From NCBI RefSeq assembly GCF_009914755.1, contig NC_060946.1: a DNA stretch of 64,000 nucleotides; one strand, written 5' to 3'. Shown here piece after piece: positions 1 to 14,116 of the stretch. This DNA comes from the human T2T-CHM13v2.0 reference genome, Homo sapiens. Position numbers and translations under genes: made by a program. Each line of letters starts with the position of its first letter. Position 1 is the first letter of the stretch. The notes below the pieces were generated by a model. The model saw only the letters and a list, made by a program, of their open reading frames with translations. It was not told where the DNA came from and did no database searches.

Positions 1-1021
1 CAAGCTGAACTCTCAGTGTCTGTTTGGACTAAACTTAATGCATTTGAGTAAAATCTACCAGAAATGAATTCAAAGATGATAGGTAGTATTATAAAAGCTT
101 CCTCTCTTACAAAGACTTTACCTCAGCATACCAGAAAGAGTGAGCCCCTACAGTGCATGTTTATTTCTGAAGATTAACTAGAGCACTAGGCAAACACTAA
201 ATTATTAAGAGCTAAACTGAACACCAATAAGAAAGAGAAGCAAAATTTTAAATTCTAATTCAAATGATATACTATGATAGTGTTATGTATCTAGATAGAA
301 TTTCTGCTTATATCCGCTTCTAATATATTTTAAGTTCCGGTAGTGATAGGGTTTGGATTTTTTAAATTTTAGTAATGTTTACTATGTATTTATGTTGAAA
401 TAAAGTTATTGTTCACACCCTGACACCAAAGATCCCATTCTGCAAGGTAGGATTCTCTTAATAGGCAACTGCATTGACTTTTATGACCCCATTCACTCCC
501 TGAACACAGACACAGAAGTCAACTGGTGACCACAAAACAGAATAAATCTTTAACCTCGGCACTGGTGACCAGCAATATAAAACTGCAACATTTGAAGCAC
601 TGGCAATGATGACTCCTTTAACACTAGTTTAACTCAGTGGCCATTGTTGTTAAACTGTTCATAATTTCTATTCCTCAGTAATATGACCCAATACTTCATG
701 TTACCTTGTGTATTATGAGTAAGGTTATATAAATAAAACAGCAAGATAATTCTGAAAATTTCTTGCCTCAATTCCAAGGGTAAAGACAGCTATGAGTTAC
801 TAGAGATACTAAGAATTACTAGAATAACTAATAGTTACTAGAGATAGTAAGAATATCTTAAGTTTCATAACTGGTTAAGATGTTTTAAAAATTACATATA
901 AAATTATGATCTATTGGGTTCTAAAGGTATAGTCTGAAAGGTCATGTCATTTGGACTATGCTTTGTTAGTAAAGCAAAAAAAAAAACCTAATATTAAACA
1001 AGAACTTAAATTTTCATATAC

Positions 1022-1092
1022 CTGTGATTGCTTCTTTTCACTTCTTTCACACCTTTCTTGCTCTTCCTCTAAAGCCACTGGTAAGGTTTGTT
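1022..1092 (-). pseudogene. ANKRD20A: ANKRD20A-family exon (71 nt), EQTLPVALEEEQERCERSEKKQSQ
   Basis: Minus strand gtcaacag|AACAAACC...ATCACAG|gtatat. Confidence 0.9.
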
Positions 1093-1605
1093 CTGTTGAC
1101 AAATTCATTGATTTAGTTCAAATGAACTAAGAAGAGTTAAAGACTATAATCTTTATAAAAATAAATAGAGAATAACATTTCTTTGTATTTTATATTTTGA
1201 GAGTTTGAATGAAACAATGTTTACTGAAATATTTACTTCTGTAAGAAATACTTCTAATTATCCAAAACTTCAACAAACCACTTGGGGAGACACCAGATAT
1301 CACCAGATTCAAGCCATGCAAAATCTCAGGGTCACTCACAAATTGTTCCACCCAACATAAGTCAACAAAACTGTTAGAAACAAAACAGAAATTTGAAATA
1401 CAGTCAAAATATACAATGTAATGCTTTACTATACTTCATAACAGTATCTTTTTAACAAGACACTAATTGAGTTGGCAGTTACTAATAATTTGCAAAATTA
1501 TTGTTCTTTATACCTCAATTAGTGTGCACCCCATTTTTTACATCACAAATGTTTTCCCCTGCTATTCTGAAAAATTTATTTTCATCTTTTAAGACTCAGA
1601 AAGTA

Positions 1606-1899
1606 GGCTGGGCATAATAGCTCACATCTGTAATCCCAGCACTTTGGAAGGCCAAAATGGGAGAATTGCTCAAGGCCAAGAGTTTAAGACCAGCCTGGGA
1701 ACCATAGGTAACCTTGACTCTACAAAAAATTAGACAGGTATGGTGATATGTTCCTGTTGTCCCCGCTACTCAAGAAGCTTAGATGAGAAGATCCCTCGAG
1801 CCCAGGAGTCTGAGGTTTCAGTGAGTCTCAATCATGTCATTGCACTCCAATCCTGGGTGATAGAGTAAGAACTTGTCTCCAAAAAGAGGAAAAAAAAAA
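1606..1899 (+). mobile_element. Alu (old, AluJ-like)
   Basis: Diverged dimeric Alu with A tail; flanking AAG(A/G)CTCAGAA direct repeat. Confidence 0.85.
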
Positions 1900-2445
1900 G
1901 GCTCAGAATGCTTTGTGAAATCTTCCTTGATTCTAGCTATCTTTCTCCACACACACAGGTGTCTGCTTCGTTGGGGTCCCTTAGTACCTTGTCAATTTTT
2001 CTAGTGTCACTTTACCACCTGACCTGCACATCATGTCTTTACATGTTGACCCCTTTGCTGCTAGACTGTAGAGGACAATCTTTTGAATCATCTTTGTATA
2101 AACAGTCTTAATTTTGCTAAATAATTACTTATTGAGTTCCTGCTAAGTGTTAGGCACTGGGGAATAAGGAAGGAAAATAGAAGCTGTCGGGGATGGCTTT
2201 CCTAAAGATCATCCATGAGCTGAGACTTAAAGAGTGAGGTTAGCCAGATTAAGCGAGGCAGAGGGCAGGAAAGGGTGAGCACATGCCAGGCAGCAACAAG
2301 AGAAGACAAGAAGCCTCCAAGAGAGTATGTATTTCTCTGCAGAAGAGGAATGGTGAGGGGGCCATTACCAGCAGCTCGGTAATTCCAGAGAAAAAGGCAG
2401 ATGGGGAAAGGGATACAGATGGAGATTTGGGCAGAAATCAGTTTC

Positions 2446-2742
2446 CTTTTCTTTTCTTTTTTGGGACAAGGTTATACTCTGTCTCCCAGACTGGAGGGCA
2501 GTGGCATGATCTCAGCTTACTGCAACCCGGCCTCCCAGGTTCAAGTAATTCTCCTGCCTCAGCCTCCTGAGTAGCTGAGATTACAGGTGCGTGCCACTAC
2601 CACCTGCTAATTTTTGTATTTTATTAGAGATGGGGTTTCACCTTGTTGGCCAGGCTGGTCTTGAACTCCTGACCTCAAATGATCCACTTGCCTCAGCCTC
2701 CCAAAGTGCTGGGATCACAGACATGAGCCACCGTGCCCTACC
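2446..2742 (-). mobile_element. Alu (AluS-like)
   Basis: Reverse Alu; TSD-like CAGAA(A/G)TCAGTTTC on both sides. Confidence 0.9.
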
Positions 2743-3009
2743 CAGAAGTCAGTTTCTGAAATCCTTATATAAACCTTTAAGATGCTTGGACATTAGGTAT
2801 TCAGGACCGGTTCACGGAACTATTTGCATTAGGGATAATTCACTCTAAATACTATGAGGAGCATAAAATTCTGAGGCATATAAATCAATGAACAAAGATA
2901 AAATATAAGGCAATGTTGCAAAGATGATGCAGGCCTGAGGAGATGTTTTCAGAAATATTTAGGATATAGGTATCAGTGGCCATTATAAGAATGAATTTCT
3001 ATTGAATAA

Positions 3010-3503
<494 letters not shown>

Positions 3504-5272
3504 CAACATATGGTGATTTTGTTTTAAAAGTTCTGTTTCCTGGATCTACCAAGCTCATGAGAAAATAGAGCAAACAAGTCATTTGCATAGGTAAGAAACT
3601 TTGGATTTATAGCTTGTCCTCACTACTCTAGAAGATTATCATCATGTTTTGCAAAGCAAAATGTTAAACACAGACACAAGGGGAAAAAGAAATTAAAACT
3701 ATAGGGGTGGGTGAAAAAATATTGCATAATTTATTACTGTTGACCTCATCATATGACTGATTAAGGGCACTGAATTTAACTTGGATGTGAAGTAGACCTC
3801 ATATTAGCTGCAGTTAATCAGTAGACCAGGCGTCCTAGCAGAATTAAATTTGATGCTCCTGTGTTATCTTTAAATGACACAGCTTTTCTGAAAACCCTTA
3901 CTCATAGCGCATGATTATCCATTAAGAAAAGGTGATGGAATATGTGAATACAGCGGAGGAGACACCACAAGGCAAATGCTCAGTGGTTCCCATTAATATT
4001 GGGAAAATCAACACTATAAAACAGAAAGCCATAGACATTATTTAATATTTGGTTTTGGGAGGTATTTTTAGTGACACTGCATACAGTTGTACCTAATAAT
4101 TGCTAAATTAGAGACGTAAAAGTAAAACAAAGGCACATTGTGTTTGAATAGGAAATCTATAGACATCTAGCTGGTTTTCCCATCCAGCCACAAAATTCTA
4201 AGTATAATCATGGAACCTGCACTCAAATTTATGTTAAATACCAACCTCAATGAAATCACTCTTTCTTCTCATTCTCTTTGTTATTTATATGTTGCTTTCC
4301 TTAAGGGAAGAATACAAATGCCTTGCTAAGAACCATTCTGTTTGGTTGTAGGCTGCATAAGGGGAGTGAACACAAAGTACATTTGACCACAAAATGACTC
4401 TTTAAAAGTCAGAACTACGGTAGCATGAAGCCAAACGAGGTAATCTACAATAAAATTTTCTATGCTTCTTTTCCTTCTTTGCTCTCTTTCTACTCTAATA
4501 ACTGCGATTCACACAGGTAATGAAGAGTGTAATTCCTTGATAGAAACACAGCTCCAAGATTAATCCTTTCTTTAACTATGAAGTTCGCGTGTCCAAAATC
4601 TGTGGTAGTTGCTGTCTGATTTTTGATCACTGATGGTGATACAGATATTTATCATCAACTCACAACTTCCCAAATCTTTGAAAAGTCTTACTATTGATGG
4701 TTCAACTAGTAGAAACATGATGTAAAATATCTGAAAATAAAGTTTTTATTTATTAGAATGTAAATAATAATACAAATTGTAATAAGGTGTAAAAGTTCTT
4801 TCTTCACTGAAGCAGTACCATGTTGTCCTCTACCCCACAAATGCACTACTCCCCCGTGGTCTAATGTATTTTAAAAGTCTTGTAATTGCTATTAACTCAG
4901 ACAAGTTTACTTAACTTGTTCTAAGCTTCTGGTATTTACTACAGTTTACTTTCAATCACTCAACCATCTCTGTTATATATGTTGTTTTCCATGAGAAATT
5001 TGTTTATTAGTAATTAAGATTCTTCAGGGATAAGAAAATATTTGAATAACTAAGTTTGTGCATAAACACATTAAGGTCAAATACCCATGACATTATTGTG
5101 TGTTTCTGTGTACTAGAGACAAAAACTTCAAAAAAAATTTAATGAATATACGTTAAATTAAAAACTGCTTTCATTAAACTGAGATAATCTTCCCTCAATG
5201 CATGAATACCTTCAGAATTCACATAGACCAAAGAATTGTATAAAATATAATAGCCTTAAAAATCTTATTTGT

Positions 5273-5580
5273 AGCTGGCACAGTGGCTCCCACCTGTAAT
5301 CCCAGCACATTGGCAAGCCGAGGTGGGCAGATCACCTGAGGTCAGGAGTTCAAGAGCAGCCTGGCCAAACTGGTGAAACCCCATCTCTACTAAAAATAGA
5401 AAAATTAGCAGGGTATGGTAGCACGTGCATGTAGTATCAGCTACTCGAGGGGCTGAGGCAGGAGAATTGCTTGAACCCGAGAGGCAGAGGTGGTAATGAG
5501 CCAAGACTGAGCCACTGAACTCCAGCCTTGGTGACAGAGCAAGACTCTGCCTCAAAAACACAAACAAACAAACAAAAAAC
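5273..5580 (+). mobile_element. Alu (AluS-like)
   Basis: Alu consensus with (CAAA)n tail. Confidence 0.9.
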
Positions 5581-7062
5581 CTAATTGTTCCCATATAAGT
5601 CTATGTTCATACAAGATCTGAAGAGTACACAACACCGTGAGACAGGACAGACATATATTTTAAAAGTTATATTCCTGGTTTCTGTAAAAATAAAATAGTT
5701 GAATTTAAGCTTTCAAGACAAGTCAACGAAAAGAGCAAAAAATGCAAAAGTGAAACTCGAAAGGTCATTTCCCCATCAAGGGCTCATGATCACTGGACAT
5801 TCACAAACTATACTGTTCAAAACATTAGATCTGAATTTTGATCCGAGTATCCCTTTAGTAGCAGTTTCATTCAAGGATGTCCAAGAGGTAAAATAAGACA
5901 ATATCATTTGCTATTTTCAGTTTTCTTTTCTGAGAACAGCTCAGCATTCTTCTTCAGAGAAATGAATTGTCCTAACTTCATAGGCTAAAGGCTCATGAGT
6001 CATAGTTCTAAGGGCATTAATAAAATATGGTGGTGCATGCTTGTATTCTGAACTTTTCAGGTTTAAACTCTCATATAGTAAATGCTAATAGATACAAACC
6101 GATTAAAGAAAAGCCCTCTTAATCTGACATTATTTTTCTTTTTATTTCTTCATTTATCAGCAACAGGAGAGTCTAACTAAATGTGGTAAAGTGGTATGAG
6201 GGAATACAATGAACAGTGTAAAATGAATTAAACCAGAGATAATCACACCAATGTGGGTACAAGTGGAAAGTATAATACAAAACACACCAAAGAAAGTGGC
6301 AGAAAGGTATATAAACTGTATAACCACTCACATACCATTTTAGGACACAAAAAATTCTGCATATTATTTCTGAGCATCACAATGTAGTTAAAGATTTCAA
6401 AAGGGCATTGAAATGAAAAACAACCAACTTATGATGTTGGTAGCCTCTATGCAATCATGTTTTAAAAACTTTAACACCAAAAAGGCTCAAAATCACCATT
6501 TTAAAAGGCTGTGTCTACCAGTCATAAATGAATCATTACTTTCATCATTTGTAGTAGTCAAAGATGCCACAAGCGCACGCATACACACATCTATATATAC
6601 ACCTACACACACAGTCTTACTCATTAGAACATCTGATAGGCTTCAGATCATCAGTGTAATAACACTAGCAGCAAGCCTCTGAAGTTAAAACAGAAACTGA
6701 CACTTTAATAAGTAAAGCTTTCCTCTAGGTAAAGATCAGAACTCCAACTAGCACTTAACTCACTGGAAATATCTTAAGAGTCTCAAAATTCACTGCTTTG
6801 AATCCCTGACAAGTATAAAAATTTTATACTGAAAACTTCATGCTATTCAAAACATTAATACAGAAACATCTGACCTAAAGCTTACATTTTTAAAATCTTT
6901 TTTATGCTTCTAAATTTGTTTTTATTCAAATATGGATACCAACAATAACATTTATGTCAAAGCCTTCTGTTCAATATTGAACAAATAGAATTAGGAATAA
7001 GAATAATATGAGTACATCCAATCATTGAATGTACTTTATTTACAGTATTCCATTAAATGTAC

Positions 7063-7135
7063 CTGCTCTCAATGTCTGTACATTCTTTCTTTGTACTGCT
7101 CCTTTCACAGCAGGATCTTCCACTTCAGTGCTAGG
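7063..7135 (-). pseudogene. ANKRD20A: ANKRD20A-family exon (73 nt), PSTEVEDPAVKGAVQRKNVQTLRA
   Basis: Minus strand ttcag|CCTAGCACT...GAGAGCAG|gtacat. Confidence 0.9.
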
Positions 7136-7226
7136 CTGAATGGGTTTTAAAAGAAAACGATTCATAAATCATATATATTTTATACAACATGGAGTTAGTG
7201 ATTCAAAAATATACATAATTAATTAC

Positions 7227-7255
7227 CTTCAAGGAAGGATGTTTTGCAGGAGGCC
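7227..7255 (-). pseudogene. ANKRD20A: ANKRD20A-family exon (29 nt), GPPAKHPSLK
   Basis: Minus strand tgtag|GGCCTCC...TTGAAG|gtaatt. Confidence 0.88.
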
Positions 7256-9624
7256 CTACAAAGCAAAGGGGATATGTCATCAATTATATGTAAGTATGAC
7301 AGGGCCAACCAAACATTCATGCAGTGTTACTGTCGAGCTGAATTCTCAGGCCTGGCTATAAAAATAATTACTTAAGGTTTTGAGGGTTCTTCTTGGCTTC
7401 TTCTTTTCATTGCCTAGGACAGCAACATGACAGAAACACAATGAGGAAAATAGGAATATAGGATTCCCAAAATGCACAGTTTACATTTCGGTAGTGAGAT
7501 TATGTTTCAAATGCCTATACTTAAAATAGAAAAGCATTGATATAACTGTGAACACGTGGACTGATGAGGAGAAAAGGGACCATTAAACAGAGGGGCAAAT
7601 CAAACCTGAGAGAATCAATGTCAAAGCTGATGGTGAATGTACAGAGTATTTTAACTCCACACACCAGAGGCATTGCTGCCAGCACAGCACAAATAAATTC
7701 CCCTTGTCTTGTCACTGAGGAAATACGCAGTTGGGATGACAGTTCAGATGAATGTGGGATTCACCTCTCATCAAAGAAAGGGTTCTACATTGATCAGCTA
7801 GGATACACACTTATGAAATAACAGCTAATCAAACTACTCATTTTTCCCATGATCACATGGGCTACTGCAGCACCTACATTTCTCCTATCCCCTCATTTGG
7901 CCTTGAATTAGAGCTCCTTGATCCACTCATGCAAGGTGGTCCATAAAACACATCAAATAAACCATGTCGAATAAGCTTCTGATATCAAAATATTTATCAA
8001 AAAAGAAAACATTGAATGACCACAGACTTGCTGGATATTAATACATATTTATATTTCAAAATCAGTGCAGTATTTATTGAAAATGATAATTTTGGTTTTC
8101 ATGGAATGAATTTTATGATTACTTCTAAAATTAACTAAGTTTGGTATATTATCTTACACTGTAAAGGACTTTTATAAAACAGCTATCATATCAAAGAACT
8201 GGCTGTCTCAAAAAAATTTCGCCAAAGCATCTATATGCAAGTTAATCATATCTTATTCACTCATGTCAGTGAAACTTCTCTCCCTGAGGCCTGACAGTTA
8301 TCAAGTGAAATGAGCTGCTGTGGTTTACCCCAACTCTAGCACTCCCTCCTGTCTCCAGTACTCTCCACAGCAATAACCTCTTTTGTGAGACTGGGCATAT
8401 GCTGAAGCAACTGGAAGTGAGTTGTCTCAAGTTTACTTGGCTTTAACTCCCAAGACCCCAGCAAATGTCCTTCTTTCCTCCTTTTGTGTCCTTTCACCAT
8501 CCCTCTTCCTTTGAAAAAATGATTATCAGAACTGTCATCCTGATGCTTCCCTTCCTAACTGCTTTTTATGGATGATTGTGACCACTTTTTTCATCTGTAT
8601 TCAGCAGTAGTATACACCTGTAATCTCTCTTTTTTCATCTCATTTTCCTTCCCCTGTGGCTAGAATCAAGCTCAGAAATAAAAGGAAATTAAAGCTTTCC
8701 CTGGATTCTGTTATTTTTTAAATTGCTCTCCAGTGGTTCTTTTTCCAGATTTCTCTAAAGGAAAGCTATTCCCTTGCTATTCAGAGCTGTGTCCAAGGAC
8801 CAGCACAAACATCACCTGAGTGCTCATGAGAAATGCAGACTCCAATACCTGCTGAGTCAGAATGTGCACTTTCCAGAAGCTCCTCAACGAATTCATGACA
8901 ATTTGAATGTCCTGTTCCACACTGGTGTGCTTCCATATTGGTTTACCCTAACTGGCCTTTTTGGCCTAGCCTCAACTTCTTTCCTATTATGTCCCTGAAT
9001 TTAATACTACGTTATAAACCATAATGTTTCTAATGAACTTTTAATCAGGCAAAGCTTCTCTAATTAATTTCTTCCCAATAAATCACCCAACACTATTCTT
9101 TTCATTTTCTATAAAAACAAATTATAGCCATACATGGCTGACCATTTACGGTGATGTTCATCTATGGTAGATAAAACACAGGTCTGCATGGTAAAGTACC
9201 TCAATCCTTAATGCCTCCCCAGTAGCGAGAATGACAGCAAGAGAAGGAAAATGTTACTGTAATTATATGACACATTTTGGTACTGGAAGCTCACTTTATC
9301 TTCCTTCCTATTTCTAACACCCTGTTCTTCCTTCTTCTACAGATCAATTTGACTTTACTACCCTCCATTACATACATCCACTCTTTTTTATTTATTCCAT
9401 GTACACTCTTCCCTCCTCATTCTTTCTTTCTCTTTTATTCATTTCCTCTTCCCTCTCTCCTGACTTGCCTCAGGTCTTAGAGTATGTTAAAATGGAACTC
9501 ATAACTCAGCTCCTTTAGTGGTACTTCCAATAGAATCAACTGCTGACCCTTGGTTAGAGACACCACTTATCACCATTTCATTTCTCTTTTACTTATGATA
9601 CAGTTAATAGGACATTTTCTTTAG

Positions 9625-9971
<347 letters not shown>

Positions 9972-10009
9972 TCCATCAAATGACTTTTTAAATAAAATAC
10001 GGTTCTCAC

Positions 10010-10094
10010 CTTTTCCTTTTCCATTGACTATTCTGTTTCCTTTTTCATGAGAAGGTCCACGTAAAGGCTCTGACACTTTCTCGGGGACACACTG
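10010..10094 (-). pseudogene. ANKRD20A: ANKRD20A-family exon (85 nt), QCVPEKVSEPLRGPSHEKGNRIVNGKGK
   Basis: Minus strand cttag|CAGTGTG...GAAAAG|gtgaga. Confidence 0.9.
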
Positions 10095-10163
10095 CTAAGG
10101 TAATATCAAGAATTAGTTTCCATTTAAAATTATAATGAGTTGCATCAAGAGTTTCTTATCAAT

Positions 10164-10461
10164 CTCTTTTTATGAAACTGGGTCTCACTCTGTCAACCCA
10201 GGGCTAGAATGCAGGGGCCTGATTATGGCTCACTGTGGTCTCAAACTCCTGACCTCAAGCAATCTTCCCACCTCAACTTCCTGGATAGCTGGAACTACAG
10301 GTGCATACCATCATGTCATGCTAATGTTTTTATTGTTATCTTTGTAGAGACAAGGCCTCATTATACCTCCCAGGCTGGTCTCAAGCTCCTGGGGTCAAGC
10401 AAATCTTCCACTTCTGCCTCCCAAAGTGTTGAGATAAGCAGTGTGCACCACCACACCCAGC
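10164..10461 (-). mobile_element. Alu (AluJ-like)
   Basis: Diverged reverse Alu. Confidence 0.85.
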
Positions 10462-10478
10462 CCTAATCAATTTCTTTA

Positions 10479-10844
<366 letters not shown>

Positions 10845-11165
10845 TCAATGAAATATGAGCTTAAGCCAAGAAAGAAAACGAAAAGCATGAAGTATAATAA
10901 AGTACATGGGGAAATAGATCTATAACAGAGCCTTCGGTCTTTCATAACTCTGATAATACTAATTAATATTTATGCTGCAATTAGTTTTTTGTAAGTACTT
11001 CTGTGATAGTGTTTCTTACTATAAGACATTCAATTAGCTAAATATGGTCATCTACCATTACCTGAAAGAACATTATTATAACAGAGAGAGAAAACTGGAA
11101 CTTTCCATCAACTTTCCACCCAGAAAAAGAATTGGTCACCAGAATTCTAAAGAGTAATGTATGGC

Positions 11166-11938
11166 AGACACATGAAAAAATGCTCATCATCACTGGCCAT
11201 CAGAGAAATGCAAATCGAAACTACTATGAGATATCATTTCACACCAGTTAGAATGGCAATCATTAAAAAGTCAGGAATCAACAGGTGCTGGAGAAGATGT
11301 GGAGAAATAGGAACACTTTTACACTGTTGGTGGGACTGTAAACTAGTTCAACCATTGTGGAAGACAGTGTGGAGATTCCTCAAGGATCAAGAATTAGAAA
11401 TACCATTTGATCCAGGCATCCCATTACTGGATATATATGCAAAGGATTATAAATCATGCTGCTATAAAGACACATGCACATGTATGTTTATTGTGGCACT
11501 ATTCACAATAGCAAAGACTTGGAACCAACCCATATGCCCATCAATGATAGACTGGATTAAGAAAATGTGGCACTTACACACCATGGAATACTATGCAGCA
11601 TAAAAAAATGATGAGTTCATGTCCTTTGTAGGGACATGGATGAAGCTGGAAACCATCATTCTGAGCAAACTGTTGCAAGGACAGAAAACCAAACACCACA
11701 TGTTCTCACTCATAGGTGGGAACTGAACAATGAGAACACTTGGACACAGGATGGGGAACATCACACACCAGGGCCTGTCATGGGGTGGGGGGAGAGGGGA
11801 GGAATAGCATTAGGAGATATACCTAATATAAATGACGAGTTAATGGGTGCAGCACACCAACATGGCACATGTATACATATTAACAAACCTGCACGTTGTG
11901 CACATGTACCCTAGAACTTAAAGTATAATAATAATAAT
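11166..11938 (+). mobile_element. 5'-truncated L1PA (ORF2 C-terminus plus 3'UTR)
   Basis: ORF 11157-11603 is the L1 ORF2 C-terminal domain ([15 protein letters not shown]...[13 protein letters not shown]). G-rich 3'UTR, (TAA)n tail, perfect 17-bp TSD AAAGAGTAATGTATGGC at 11149-11165 and 11939-11955. Confidence 0.95.
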
Positions 11939-12307
11939 AAAGAGTAATGTATGGCTTGAAACGGTATATTTAATGGAACATGAGTTGGGTCTAATAAAAA
12001 GCTTAAGAAATGTTAATCTAAAATCTCAATGTTAAGATTCCAGTTGAATGATACTAGAAAATATATTGTAACCCTCTTTGCTACCGATGACCTATTTCTC
12101 TTTTATTTCCTTTTTAATTATGGCATAATTTCTCAACATAACATGTCAAAACTTACACACCCTTAAATATTAAAAAATAATACAATGTAAGCAATATTTT
12201 AAATACAATATTTAATGATTAGATACATTAGGTTTATTATATTACTTATAACATTCCATTATATAAAAATTCATTTGTTTATTTATTCAGATTAAACAAC
12301 TATTAAG

Positions 12308-12602
12308 GCTGAATGTCTCATGTCTGTAACCCCAGCACTTTGAGAGGCTGAGGCGAGCAGAACACTTGAGCCCAACAGTTAAAGAAGAGCCTGGGCAACA
12401 AGGCAAAACCCTATCTCTACAAAACTCAGCCCAGCATGGTGACACAGGTCTATGGTGACATAGCTCTATTGTTTCAACTACTTGGATGGCTGAGGTGTGA
12501 GGATCACCTGAGCCTAGGAAATGGAGATCGGAGTGAGCCAAGATCTCACTAGTGCCCTCCAGCCTGGGTGACAGAGTGAAACCCCATCTCAAAAAACAAC
12601 AA
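12308..12602 (+). mobile_element. Alu (AluJ-like)
   Basis: Diverged forward Alu. Confidence 0.82.
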
Positions 12603-12779
12603 GTAAAATGCTTCTTACATGGAAGACTGTATTCTAGGTACTCCAGGATACACACAAATATGTTTACTGACCTCCAGTAGCTTATGGTATGCAGGAGGTT
12701 CCAATGATCATTTAAAAAACTAAATAGAAAACCTTCTGACATTCAAACTTTCAGAATATGATATAAGGACTTTGAGTGG

Positions 12780-13119
<340 letters not shown>

Positions 13120-14046
13120 TAAACTACAATGACAAAATTATGATGATAAAGACTTACCATATTGGTATTAAGAGTCTCTGCTTCTAGAACTGGTTATTTG
13201 CAGGAAAATACATGTTATTCAATTAGATGAAGTGTTTTATATAAACTCTTCATGGACAACTCATAAATCACATAAAAATCCCTTTGCAATACAAATCTTG
13301 AGAACATAAATTTAAATTTCTACATTTCCACAATTTATATTTTTAAATCAGATACAATGTTGCCCAGGTTGTTCTCAAACTCCTGTGTTCAAGCAATCTT
13401 ACTGTCTCAAACTCCCAAGTAGCAGGGACTACAGGTGTACACCACCAAACTCAGCTATTTTTCTACAATTTTTAATACTTTTTTAGTCTCACTACAGAAC
13501 CAATAATATAAGTAGAGAAACAATCTCTCCTAAAAACTATATGACACCAAAATGATAAGTTTCCAAGAACAAAAGCTATATGCTATGTGCTGAACATTTC
13601 TGCCACTAAAAATTACCAGGAGGATTCCATGATTACTGCAAACAATTTGATCCACTGAAGATTTATACAGGAATAAATATTAAGAAAGTCACACTCATAT
13701 GATTTAAAAGTCAAAGTAGTAGTATTTATCCAAATAAACTTTAACCAAATTTCATATTTCCTCTATTGGAGAAAGCATTTCCTAATGTGATTTTCCTGTG
13801 ACTACTTGTTTTCCAGTTCATTTATTTTTCAGCTCCCACCCTGTCACAGTACTTACCAATCTTTATTAGTTACCAAAGTTAAACACATTTTTTGAATCAA
13901 CTAGCCATGTGTATGTTTTTCTCTGACCAGCTTTCCATTACCACCATAAAACAATGATAGGTAAACCACTGCTAAATTTGAAAAGTAAATACTATGCAAA
14001 ACTACACTCAGAGTGAGAAGATTAATTTTACAAGAGACCACTTTAC

Positions 14047-14116
14047 CTTAGTAGCAACACTCAAGTCTTCATCATCCAATGTAGGCAATGAATCCACACA
14101 CAGTTCATGCAAAATG
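14047..14116 (-). pseudogene. ANKRD20A: ANKRD20A-family exon (70 nt), ILHELCVDSLPTLDDEDLSVATK
   Basis: Minus strand ctcaag|CATTTTG...ACTAAG|gtaaag. Confidence 0.9.
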